The notes under the pieces are model-generated. The model did no database searches. It had not been told where the DNA came from and was given only the letters and a program-made list of their open reading frames with translations. 64,000 nucleotides of DNA, taken from Bacteroidota bacterium. Lineage in GTDB: Bacteria; Bacteroidota; Bacteroidia; Bacteroidales; VadinHA17. The DNA lies in the NCBI GenBank assembly GCA_034659275.1, contig JAYEGY010000029.1:1018-65017 (forward strand). The letters run 5' to 3'. Made by a program: the position numbers and the translations under genes. This document shows, one piece after another, positions 32,301 through 41,762 of the stretch; positions within the stretch are counted from its first letter, which is position 1; every line of letters starts with the position of its first letter.

Positions 32301-33899
32301 TTATTCCAGATCCAGTATTAAGGATTCCTGTTGACTTATTATCCTGGCAGCAGGCCACGCATATTGCACCAGGCAGTTGATTGCCACCCAGCGCGGATGC
32401 TTTTCAATGTATTTTGTAACTTCTGCTTCAGTAACATAATTCCTTGTCATTCGGTATGGCATAAAATATATAGCCCCCAGTCGGGAATTATCACTGCCGC
32501 CGGAAGTTACAATTTTCACGGACGTTTTTTTACTGTTACCATCATCGATAAGATATCTATCACGTGATAAGCCATGGAACACCACGGCATGCCATTTATT
32601 ATTATAGGAATAAATATATTCTTCCCTTGCACCCTCCTCATATGCATCCTTATCATGCTGGGGATTAAAATGCCCGATCATCTCCCACTTATTACCATGG
32701 TCGCCGTTTGTTTTCAGGTAAATACTATGTTCGGCATGATCAAAATCGAAGCCATAGATCCAAATGTCGAAATGTGTTTCCTCCTCAATGCTGCCAATCT
32801 CCTCGATCATTCGGAGATATGAATAAACAAAGCGGTCTCGTGAAGTAGCATAAACTGATCCTGCAGGTCCGGTTCTCCCCCATGCATTTGGCACAAAAGG
32901 ATCAAAAGAAATATCATAATCCAGGGGTGTGCCGATGCCATCTCCTGAATTTCTTGTATAGTTGGTAGATGCATAGTTGGGCCAGTACCATCCCATACCA
33001 TCAACACTCCCGTGTATCATAGCTTCAACATTCTGGTCTATCTCCATCCTGGAAGGAGTATATCCAAATTTTATTGTATGCATCTGGCCCAGCTGGTAAG
33101 CTTTTATGTTATATTTAGAGGCCACTTCCCCTGTATGGCGGGCCACATCTTCTATATAAGCATTTGTTTCCTCCATGCCATAGCCCCTGCCAAAGTAACC
33201 ACGATATACATCGGAAAAGATAAAATCAGGAAGGGCATCATACTGTTGACATTTATCAATGAAACGATCAATGGACGAATATCCACCGGCCATTGATTCT
33301 GAAGCATTATGAGGATGGTGCATAAAAATACCTACTTCAGCATCCGGCATTACTTGTTTGATTGCTTTAAGCAAATAAGAAAAAGCCCTTGGTCCGTATT
33401 CCATGAATTGTTCAAACATATAAGTATAATTCCCCTGTCCTTGCCCTTCAGGTCTTTTAAAAGCTCCCAGTGGAGCTTCATCAAAAAGTGTAATACGGGC
33501 GAAATCCGGGTAATACTCTTTATATATTGCCGCAAGCTTCCTAAAATGGTCAAGAACCGGTTCACGCGCTGAGGCATCCTCCACAAAATCCCGGATGGTA
33601 AGCTCCTTTCCAGGCCCCACCTCGATCCATGTTCTGGATATACCAAGTTTGTTGCAGGCCGATAAAAAATCACACAGTTTATGCTCATCATTCATCCCTG
33701 ATGAATAGGGAATAATATCAAAGCGCCTGGCAAACAGAAGCATATTCTCCAGGGTGGCAGGCTGCTCCTGCTGAAGGGTCTGTGCCCCGACCCACATAAA
33801 AAGCTCTTTTTCGTCTTCTATTTCCTGTGCATAAATGGTGGAGGGACCAGTCACCAATAAAAGTAACTGCAGAAATGAGAGTATTGATAGATATTTCAA
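32301..33899 (-). CDS. Secreted hypothetical protein, possibly a TIM-barrel carbohydrate-active enzyme
   Basis: 532-aa intact ORF with signal peptide and TTG start; aromatic-rich; first gene of the sugar-enzyme remnant cluster. Confidence 0.7.
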   Translation of the reverse strand: MKYLSILSFLQLLLLVTGPSTIYAQEIEDEKELFMWVGAQTLQQEQPATLENMLLFARRFDIIPYSSGMNDEHKLCDFLSACNKLGISRTWIEVGPGKELTIRDFVEDASAREPVLDHFRKLAAIYKEYYPDFARITLFDEAPLGAFKRPEGQGQGNYTYMFEQFMEYGPRAFSYLLKAIKQVMPDAEVGIFMHHPHNASESMAGGYSSIDRFIDKCQQYDALPDFIFSDVYRGYFGRGYGMEETNAYIEDVARHTGEVASKYNIKAYQLGQMHTIKFGYTPSRMEIDQNVEAMIHGSVDGMGWYWPNYASTNYTRNSGDGIGTPLDYDISFDPFVPNAWGRTGPAGSVYATSRDRFVYSYLRMIEEIGSIEEETHFDIWIYGFDFDHAEHSIYLKTNGDHGNKWEMIGHFNPQHDKDAYEEGAREEYIYSYNNKWHAVVFHGLSRDRYLIDDGNSKKTSVKIVTSGGSDNSRLGAIYFMPYRMTRNYVTEAEVTKYIEKHPRWVAINCLVQYAWPAARIISQQESLILDLE

Positions 33900-33918
33900 A
33901 ATATTAATGTTAATGTTA

Positions 33919-34770
33919 TTATAGATTAATAAACAAGTATTCTATATTTCCATATGCTATATTTATTTTCATGTAGCCCGCATCACTGTAACCATCTTTC
34001 AGGGCATCAAGTATTATATGAGTTGTATTACCAAAAATCTCTGAATCTTTTTTGTGGTCATGCCCTGTTATAACCATATCTACATTATGCTTAATAAATA
34101 ATTCCATCAGAACATACAATTCTTCCACAAGGGGATTGGTGGATGCTGTTCGCCTGAACCGGAATAAATTGTTATGGGTAAATATAATACAATTACGGTA
34201 TGAAGGACGTTCGTTCTTCAGCATACTTTTTAACCAGTCCAACTGCCTTGTCCCCAGGGTGCCGCTGCCCGAATCAAGACAAATAAACAAATCTTTGGCG
34301 CCCGGTGTCCTTACGGTAAATTTATAAGTTGATGAACCAAACCTGGAATAAAACTGCTCCCACCCGTTAAAATACAAATCGTGATTTCCTACAAGCGGGA
34401 AGAGGGCAATTGTTCCCGGATCCGGCAGTTGTTGCTCAAATACCTCGTAATCATCAGCCTTCCCCGTTGTTATATCACCGGTCATTACCGCTGCAATAGC
34501 ACTCGCAGATATAGCACTTTCGAAGAATGTCTCCAGGTTCTGTGTGCCGCCTACATGACTGTCGCTCATAGTAAAGATGGTATATTCATCCGAGGGAACA
34601 ACAAGCTCCTTATAGGGGTGTGTGCTGTTCCATTCCATTGATTGCTCAAAACGGCTGTTAACCGATTCATAGGATAAAAACATTCCTCTGAAATCGACTT
34701 TCTCGCATGCAGAGAGGAAGGCGGAGACCAGAATTATGGCCAGGATACTTTTCACAAATTTATGTCCCAT
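33919..34770 (-). CDS. Calcineurin-like metallophosphoesterase lipoprotein
   Basis: LSAC lipobox; DSH, GD, GNHD and GHDH metal motifs. Confidence 0.88.
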   Translation of the reverse strand: MGHKFVKSILAIILVSAFLSACEKVDFRGMFLSYESVNSRFEQSMEWNSTHPYKELVVPSDEYTIFTMSDSHVGGTQNLETFFESAISASAIAAVMTGDITTGKADDYEVFEQQLPDPGTIALFPLVGNHDLYFNGWEQFYSRFGSSTYKFTVRTPGAKDLFICLDSGSGTLGTRQLDWLKSMLKNERPSYRNCIIFTHNNLFRFRRTASTNPLVEELYVLMELFIKHNVDMVITGHDHKKDSEIFGNTTHIILDALKDGYSDAGYMKINIAYGNIEYLFINL

Positions 34771-35486
34771 ATAAGACCCATTCTAAAGAAAAATCCGAAG
34801 TAATTAACACTTAAATTAAATGAACCGGCAGTTTTATACCACGATTCGGCAAACAGTTTTACCGGTGCACTTACTTTATATTCCCCGCGTAAGTAAATCA
34901 CCGGGTTTGTTTCCTGTTCAATAATAAAAAAGTCTATATTAGTGATTGATAGAGATATATCCCATTGATTATCATCTGGTTTCAGGTGATAAGCCACAAG
35001 GTACATCAGGTTCCAGTTTTCATGGATCTTTTTATTAGAATCAATATTATATTCATCTGCAGCAGTCCTTGTAACACCATATGTTCTGAAATGTGTGCCA
35101 AGCTTTAAGTCAAAGTGATGAAGATTCACATTGCATAATACTCCAAGATTATATTCATATAATAATTCGGAAAACCTGTTATGGCTATATAATGCCTGTA
35201 TCTCAAACGGGAATTCCCTTATTGAGAATTCCCTGGCCAGGTTTATGGAAGCACCTGTCAGGAAGTTTGTCCCGGCTCCTTCCAGGTCAAGCTGTACTCC
35301 ACCCCTTAACCGGTTTTTCCCAAAGCTGTATTCCCCCAACGCTGCTGTTCTTATAAACAAGCCCTCCGACACATTGTTTTTACCTGCATCAAGGTGCATT
35401 GAAAGGGAAAGCTGAGCCTGGGCAAAAGGAACAGCTATAAGCCAGACATATGAAAGCAGAAAATATTTAAGCAATCTTAATTTCAT
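34752..35486 (-). CDS. Probable outer-membrane beta-barrel protein
   Basis: Signal peptide, alternating amphipathic strands, aromatic C-terminal strand. Confidence 0.6.
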   Translation of the reverse strand: MKLRLLKYFLLSYVWLIAVPFAQAQLSLSMHLDAGKNNVSEGLFIRTAALGEYSFGKNRLRGGVQLDLEGAGTNFLTGASINLAREFSIREFPFEIQALYSHNRFSELLYEYNLGVLCNVNLHHFDLKLGTHFRTYGVTRTAADEYNIDSNKKIHENWNLMYLVAYHLKPDDNQWDISLSITNIDFFIIEQETNPVIYLRGEYKVSAPVKLFAESWYKTAGSFNLSVNYFGFFFRMGLIWDINL

Positions 35487-35520
35487 TCAAACCGAATACC
35501 AAAATTACTTAAATATCCGG

Positions 35521-36393
35521 TTATTTCAGTTTCAGATTTAATGAAGCTTTAATATTTTTTTCACTTTTTTTGTCCCAGATCTCAATTTCGCATGAAACAG
35601 GTGTATTTATGCTAGTATCCCTGATTATGAAATTGGGTGCCAGCTGCTCTTTTATTTGAGACGCTTGCAGTCCGGAATCACCAATTAAATCTTCCTCATC
35701 AATAAGAATTTCTCCTTCAGAATCCATGACTTTTAAACTCAGTCCAATAAAAATCTCACCGTCTTCCTCCTGGAATCCCTCCAGGCCCTCAAATATCAAA
35801 TATATATTCTCATTGAAATGGGCCTCATTTCCTATAACCACATTGTTTTCTTCCTCGGTGAACAGGTATACCTCATCATAAGACAGGTTATTGTTTTCAA
35901 TTTTTATCTGTTCATCAGGTATTACATCAAAATCCAGTTTTGCCTTAAAAGTACCCTCCCCTTTTTTATCCCAGATATCAACATTTAGAGTGTATTCTTT
36001 ACCCGTGTGCATAGGATCAGCAACAGTCAGGTTAGCCTGTAGCAGCAGGGGTGAAATGTCGATACCGTCCTGATAATCGGTATATAAATCAGGGTAGATC
36101 ACTACTGTATCACCGGCCTGGTTAAGCACTGATAATTGCATACCGGGGAAAGCATAGCCATCTTCTTTCTTAAAGCCTTCAATGTTTTCGAAATTTACAT
36201 AAACCTTTTCACCATAGGTGAATGTATTCCTGTTAATTTTCTCTTCGCCATCCGATAAATAAACATCCTCACAGGACAGGCCATCGCCCCAGGTAGTCAA
36301 TCCTGTTACCAGGTCTTTTGACACAGATTTGCCGGAGTCACATGAAATTAATGCGACCAGAAATAATACAATTACAATAGTTTGGTTTTTCAT
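35521..36393 (-). CDS. Lipoprotein with two tandem homologous beta-rich domains
   Basis: LISC lipobox; duplicated VYL...F.(N/G).EGF.E.DG...IWDKK motifs. Confidence 0.78.
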   Translation of the reverse strand: MKNQTIVIVLFLVALISCDSGKSVSKDLVTGLTTWGDGLSCEDVYLSDGEEKINRNTFTYGEKVYVNFENIEGFKKEDGYAFPGMQLSVLNQAGDTVVIYPDLYTDYQDGIDISPLLLQANLTVADPMHTGKEYTLNVDIWDKKGEGTFKAKLDFDVIPDEQIKIENNNLSYDEVYLFTEEENNVVIGNEAHFNENIYLIFEGLEGFQEEDGEIFIGLSLKVMDSEGEILIDEEDLIGDSGLQASQIKEQLAPNFIIRDTSINTPVSCEIEIWDKKSEKNIKASLNLKLK

Positions 36394-36614
36394 AATAAAA
36401 TATTTAGAGGTTTATTTCGAATGCTTAATTATTTATCTCTCAAGTTACAAGGTGTTCAGGAAAAAGTCAAGTTTATTTAATAATATCAATGATTCAGGCT
36501 GAATTATTGATATTAATCACCCGCCTCGAATTGTTGCGGATGTATTCCCTGGCAACGCTTTTAATTTTTTTTCATGGGTCAGCATTTTCCTTTATTTCTA
36601 TACCCCTGACCTCT

Positions 36615-36642
36615 AAAATCTTAAATCTTAAATCTTAAATCT
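36615..36642 (-). repeat. Heptamer tandem repeat (AGATTTA)x3 plus a partial copy, overlapping the queG stop
   Basis: TAAATCT x3 on the plus strand. Confidence 0.85.
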
Positions 36643-37535
36643 TCGAGATTTCTCATAAACCCTTCATAACCTGTTCTCAGGACCGCACTATCTTTAAATA
36701 CTGTATTAAATTCTTCTTCAGTAATATTCTTCCAGTCATCCACAGTGTATTTCAGTATTTCCGGCAACGGCTCAAATTCCTTAATCGCCGTTTCTTTAAC
36801 CCTGCTATTCCATGGACATACTGTTTGGCAAATATCACAACCAAAGATTTTCTTACCAATCTTTTCAGTATATTTCTCCGCTATGCTGCCTTTATTCTCT
36901 ATAGTAAGGTAGGAGATGCATTTATTTGAATCAATGGTCCTGTTTTCCAATATTGCACCGGTAGGGCATGCATCAATACATCTTGTGCATTTACCACATA
37001 AGTCTTTTGAAATAGTATTATTATACTCCAGCTCTCTGTTTATTATCAATACACCAAGAAATAAGAAGGAACCGAGATCTTTATTTATCAGCATGCTGTT
37101 TTTGCCTATCCATCCCAGGCCTGCTTCAACCGCCCATGCCCTTTCGAGCACCGGCGCTGTATCCACAAATGGCCTTCCACGGGTTTCGGGATCCTTGCTT
37201 TTAATAAAATCCAATAAGAGGTAGAGTCGGTCTTTGAGTACCCTATGATAATCTTTACCCAGCGCATATATGGCAAATTCCGGCTGATCGTCCCGGGGTT
37301 CATACTTATTAAAGTAATTCACACCTGTGACTATTACCGTACGGGCATCAGGAACGAGAAGAGAGGGATTGATACGTTTTTCATAATGCCGGGTCATATA
37401 GGTCATCTCGGCATGATATGTTTTCGCAAGCCAGTTCCTGAGCTTTTGTCTGTGTTCATCCAGGGGTCTCACACGTGCTATTCCACAAAGATCAAAGCCA
37501 AGTGCAAGAGCTTTATTCTTTATTTCATCAACCAT
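36621..37535 (-). CDS. queG: tRNA epoxyqueuosine reductase
   Basis: YALGKDYH, VDTAPVLER, CGKCTRCIDACPT, GCDICQTVCPWN. Confidence 0.94.
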   Translation of the reverse strand: MVDEIKNKALALGFDLCGIARVRPLDEHRQKLRNWLAKTYHAEMTYMTRHYEKRINPSLLVPDARTVIVTGVNYFNKYEPRDDQPEFAIYALGKDYHRVLKDRLYLLLDFIKSKDPETRGRPFVDTAPVLERAWAVEAGLGWIGKNSMLINKDLGSFLFLGVLIINRELEYNNTISKDLCGKCTRCIDACPTGAILENRTIDSNKCISYLTIENKGSIAEKYTEKIGKKIFGCDICQTVCPWNSRVKETAIKEFEPLPEILKYTVDDWKNITEEEFNTVFKDSAVLRTGYEGFMRNLEDLRFKI

Positions 37536-37539
37536 TTTT

Positions 37540-37860
37540 TTATAGAAGCCCCAGTTCGAGCTTTGCCTCATCTGTCATCATGCCCCTGTCCCATGGAGGA
37601 TCAAAGGTGAGCGTTATATTACAGTCTTTTATCCCTTTAGTGCCCGCCACCTTGTATTTCACTTCCTCGACTATCATGTCTGCCATGGGACAGTTAGGAG
37701 CTGTAAGTGTCATGGTAATATTAGCGATATTGTCCTCATTAATTTTTATATCGTATATCAGGCCAAGGTCATATATATTAACAGGTATTTCAGGGTCAAA
37801 AACGGTTTTGAAAACCGATATGATCCTTGATTCTTTTTCCATATATTTATTGCGTTCCAT
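37540..37860 (-). CDS. DUF59/SufT Fe-S assembly protein
   Basis: DPEIPVNIYDLGLIY, MTLTAPNCP, FDPPW. Confidence 0.92.
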   Translation of the reverse strand: MERNKYMEKESRIISVFKTVFDPEIPVNIYDLGLIYDIKINEDNIANITMTLTAPNCPMADMIVEEVKYKVAGTKGIKDCNITLTFDPPWDRGMMTDEAKLELGLL

Positions 37861-37867
37861 AATAATC

Positions 37868-38308
37868 TCAGTTTTTCTGTTTTGCCTTATATGCTATTGC
37901 ATACATTTTCATCTGTTTTAGCATTGCCAGCAGGCCGTTTGACCTGGTAGGAGACAGGTTCTGGCGCAAGCCTACCCTGTCAATAAAATACAGATCGGTG
38001 TCAATTATCTCATCCGGTGTTCTGCCAGATAGAACTTTGATCAAGAGCGCTATTATACCACGGGTTATTATTGCATCACTATCGGCTTTAAAATAAATCC
38101 TGCCATCATCGAATTCAGGATAGAGCCACACCCTCGACTGGCAACCCTCGATGAGGTAATCATTCTTCTTATATTTCTCTTCTATTGCAGGAAGATCTTT
38201 ACCCTCTTCAATCAGGAGATCATACCTTTCCATCCAGTCATCAAACATGGAAAATTCTTCAATAATCTCATTTTGTACCTCGTCAATAGACTTATCAGGT
38301 TTATTCAT
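37868..38308 (-). CDS. sufE: Sulfur acceptor SufE
   Basis: GCQSRVWL, DSDAII, LSPTRSNGL. Confidence 0.94.
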   Translation of the reverse strand: MNKPDKSIDEVQNEIIEEFSMFDDWMERYDLLIEEGKDLPAIEEKYKKNDYLIEGCQSRVWLYPEFDDGRIYFKADSDAIITRGIIALLIKVLSGRTPDEIIDTDLYFIDRVGLRQNLSPTRSNGLLAMLKQMKMYAIAYKAKQKN

Positions 38309-39522
38309 AACATCATCCTCTTTACTTTATTTATTCCTTCAATCAGCATATCTATCTCTTCTGTGGTATTATAGAAACACATTGATGCACGTATCGTCCC
38401 GTCAATGTCAAACCTGGTCATTACAGGCTGGGCACAATGCGATCCCGTCCTGACAGCTATACCCATTTTGTCCAGTATCATGCCAGCGTCATACTGGTGA
38501 ACCTTATCAATCAGAAAAGACATTATGGATATCTTGTCCTCTATATTACCATATATTTTAAGGCCGTCTATCTCTTTCATTCTCTCCCGTACATACTCTG
38601 TCAGCTTTTTTTCCTGTCTTATTATTTCTTCCATACCCACCGATTCAAGATAATCCAGGGCTTTTGCGAGGCCCATGGCTCCAACAAAATTTGTAGTCCC
38701 AGCTTCAAACTTAAAGGGTAATTTGTTATATGTAGTACTTTCAAATGTAACACGGTCGACCATGTCCCCTCCCCCCTGGTAAGGTGGTAAGTCCTCTAGC
38801 CATTCCCTTTTACCGTACAATACGCCTATTCCGGTAGGGCCGTACACTTTATGTCCCGAAAAAGCGTAGAACTCACAATTGAGTTGCTTCATATCAACAT
38901 GCCCGTGCTGTATACCCTGTGCCCCATCAACCAGCACGGGGATATCACGCTCATGCGCTTTTTTTATTATCTCTTTCACAGGAACGATAACGCCCAGTGT
39001 GTTTGACACCTGGCTTACAGCCACTATCTTTGTTTTTTCGCTTATCAGACTGTCAAGGTCTTCAATATGTAATGATCCGTCATCATTTAAGGGAATCACC
39101 CTGAGCCTGGCATTTTTTCGTTCACACATCATTTGCCACGGGACTATATTGGCATGATGTTCCAGTTCCGTTACCAGCACTTCGTCCCCACTGTTTATAT
39201 ATCTTTCACCGAATGAAAATGCAACAAGGTTTATTGAAGCTGTTGTACCTGCAGTAAATACAATCTCTTCCACCGATCCTGCATTTATAAAAGATCTTAC
39301 TTTTTCACGTGCCTCTTCATATTTCTCAGATGATAAATCGCTCAGTGCATGTACCCCCCTGTGTATATTACTATAAAATGTACTGTAAGCTTCATTTAAG
39401 GCATCAATTACAGACTCAGGCTTTTGTGTTGTGGCAGCATTGTCAAGGTACACCAGTGGCTTACCGTAAACTGTACTGGCCAGTATCGGAAAATCAGATC
39501 TTATTTTTTTTATATCAAGCAC
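38305..39522 (-). CDS. sufS: Cysteine desulfurase SufS
   Basis: YLDNAATTQKP, FSGHK, RTGSHCAQP. Confidence 0.95.
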   Translation of the reverse strand: MLDIKKIRSDFPILASTVYGKPLVYLDNAATTQKPESVIDALNEAYSTFYSNIHRGVHALSDLSSEKYEEAREKVRSFINAGSVEEIVFTAGTTASINLVAFSFGERYINSGDEVLVTELEHHANIVPWQMMCERKNARLRVIPLNDDGSLHIEDLDSLISEKTKIVAVSQVSNTLGVIVPVKEIIKKAHERDIPVLVDGAQGIQHGHVDMKQLNCEFYAFSGHKVYGPTGIGVLYGKREWLEDLPPYQGGGDMVDRVTFESTTYNKLPFKFEAGTTNFVGAMGLAKALDYLESVGMEEIIRQEKKLTEYVRERMKEIDGLKIYGNIEDKISIMSFLIDKVHQYDAGMILDKMGIAVRTGSHCAQPVMTRFDIDGTIRASMCFYNTTEEIDMLIEGINKVKRMML

Positions 39523-39530
39523 AGCTTTTA

Positions 39531-40892
39531 TTATTTATCACACTCAATTGTACATGTCGCGCACCTGCTCAGCTCACCCCTCAGCCTTTGCATCACCAGG
39601 GTGTCAATTCGTTCACGCAGGGCTTTTGTGCGTACTTTTTCTATTACTTCGTGGGTGAAGGCGAACATAAGCATCAGTCTAGCCTCATCCTGACTTATCC
39701 CTCTTGAGCGAAGATAGAACATTGCATCCTGGTCAAGCTGGCCAACTGTGGCACCATGGCTACATTTAACATCATCGGCATATATTTCAAGCTGAGGTTT
39801 GGTATCCATCTTAGCATCATCGGTCAGCAGGATACTATTGTTTTTCTGGTAGGCGACAGTTTTTTGTGCTCCCTTATTAACGAATATGCGCCCGTTAAAT
39901 GCGCCGGTGGCATAATCATCAAGCACTCCCTTGAATAATTGGTTGCTGGCACATCCCGGGCAGGCATGATCAATGCTCACAAAATTATCAATATGCTGCC
40001 ACCTGTCGGTAAGGTAAAGTCCGAAAGCATTGCATTCAGCCCCTTCCCCATTAAGATGGTGGTAAGTACTGTTACGGACCATTCCACCATGAAGGGTTAT
40101 ATTGTTTGATAATGCGTGGCTGTTCTTTTCCTGATGGATGAATGTATGTGTTAGCTTGGCTGCATTATTATGCTCATTCTGAATCCTGAGAATATCAAAA
40201 TCTGCATTTTCGCCAACATAGACTTCTGTAACGGCATTGGTAAGGAATTTCTGGGGTGTAAGGGCATGGTCGCATACTATCATGGGCATCCGGGCATTAT
40301 CTTCCACTATAATAAGGTTCCGGTGCTGCACAAACATATCATTATCAGAATGTACCAGGTTAATGACCTGTATTGGTTTTTCCAGTGTCACACCTTTTTC
40401 AACATATACGAATATACCATCGGATGCAAGAGCAGTATTGAGAGGGATGAGCCCGTCGCTGCCATTTCGAGCATATTTAGCGTAATGTTTATTAAGGATC
40501 TCCGGATATTTCTCTGCTGCTTCAGCCAGGCTGCTAACCATTATCCCATCCGGCAAATCCGCAATTGTACCATTATATTTTGGATAGAAGCCATTCAGCA
40601 AAACCAGGTCATAGCTGTCGAGATCCGCAACGTCGCATTTGAAGTTTTCAGCAGCCTTGAAATCGGCCTCAACCGGGACAAAATAAGATCCATAGTCGGC
40701 CTTGAACCACGGTTCAAGGTTTGTATACTTATAAGCCTCATTTTTACGGTCAGGGATACCCAGTGCAATGAACTGGTTCATGGCATCCCTGCGGAACCTG
40801 TTTAACAGGGCAGCTGAATTCTTTTCTATCCTGCTGCTATTATTCCTGAACAAATCCGAGAATCTCTGTATTGCCTCCGTTTTCTTATTCAT
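39531..40892 (-). CDS. sufD: Fe-S cluster assembly protein SufD
   Basis: KPQLEIYADDVKCSHGATVG, FYLRSRGI. Confidence 0.94.
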   Translation of the reverse strand: MNKKTEAIQRFSDLFRNNSSRIEKNSAALLNRFRRDAMNQFIALGIPDRKNEAYKYTNLEPWFKADYGSYFVPVEADFKAAENFKCDVADLDSYDLVLLNGFYPKYNGTIADLPDGIMVSSLAEAAEKYPEILNKHYAKYARNGSDGLIPLNTALASDGIFVYVEKGVTLEKPIQVINLVHSDNDMFVQHRNLIIVEDNARMPMIVCDHALTPQKFLTNAVTEVYVGENADFDILRIQNEHNNAAKLTHTFIHQEKNSHALSNNITLHGGMVRNSTYHHLNGEGAECNAFGLYLTDRWQHIDNFVSIDHACPGCASNQLFKGVLDDYATGAFNGRIFVNKGAQKTVAYQKNNSILLTDDAKMDTKPQLEIYADDVKCSHGATVGQLDQDAMFYLRSRGISQDEARLMLMFAFTHEVIEKVRTKALRERIDTLVMQRLRGELSRCATCTIECDK

Positions 40893-41649
40893 AATTTACG
40901 ATATCAACCTCCTTCTTAATCCACTCGTATCCCTGTTTTTCTAATTCAAGGGCAAGTTCCTTGCCTCCTGTTTTAACCAGCTCACCATCATAGAGGACAT
41001 GTACCACGTCCGGGATTACGTAATCAAGTAATCTCTGGTAATGAGTAATTAATATAGTCGCATTATTTGGCGTTTTCAAATGATTTACCCCGTTTGCCAC
41101 TATCTTCAGAGCATCAATATCAAGACCTGAATCTGTTTCATCAAGTATTGAAAGTTTTGGCTCAAGCAAGGCCATCTGGAATATTTCGTTTCTTTTCTTT
41201 TCTCCACCTGAAAATCCTTCATTGACCGACCTGTTTGTAAGGCCTGATTCAATCTTAACCAATTCTTTCTTTTCGCGCATCAGTTTAAGAAAATCTGATG
41301 AAGATAAAGGTTCCTGTCCCCTGTATTTCCTGTGCTCATTCACGGCGGTCTTCATAAAATTAACCATGCTCACACCGGGTATTTCTATGGGGTACTGGAA
41401 GCCCAGAAATAAACCTTCTTTTGCCCTGTCTTCAGCTTCCATTTCCAGGAGGTTCTTACCCATATAAGTTATCTTACCCTTGGTAATATTTCCAAAATCC
41501 TTACCTGCCAGCACCGAGGCAAGAGTGCTCTTTCCCGACCCGTTGGGCCCCATAATGGCATGTATCTCCCCTTTTTTTACATTTAATGAAATACCTTTTA
41601 GTATCTCTTTGCCTTCTATTTCAACCTTCAGATTATCTATTTGTAACAT
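40885..41649 (-). CDS. sufC: Fe-S cluster assembly ATPase SufC
   Basis: GPNGSGKS, FSGGEKKRNE, DETDSGLD. Confidence 0.96.
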   Translation of the reverse strand: MLQIDNLKVEIEGKEILKGISLNVKKGEIHAIMGPNGSGKSTLASVLAGKDFGNITKGKITYMGKNLLEMEAEDRAKEGLFLGFQYPIEIPGVSMVNFMKTAVNEHRKYRGQEPLSSSDFLKLMREKKELVKIESGLTNRSVNEGFSGGEKKRNEIFQMALLEPKLSILDETDSGLDIDALKIVANGVNHLKTPNNATILITHYQRLLDYVIPDVVHVLYDGELVKTGGKELALELEKQGYEWIKKEVDIVNYE

Positions 41650-41762
41650 CTTTTATATTTTAGAATCGTTTTATTGCCTGCCTGTCAGCAGACAGATTTA
41701 ATTGTTGAATCGCACCTCTTCTTTCGCATCTAATCATTCATAAATAATAATTAATACTTTAT

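Noticed and set aside
25400-36400. Accessory region as a prophage or integrative element
   Set aside because: No integrase, transposase, phage genes or att-like direct repeats were seen
41678-41695. CTGCCTG-TCAG-CAGACAG small palindrome between sufB and sufC
   Set aside because: Too short and degenerate to call a REP without genome-wide counts
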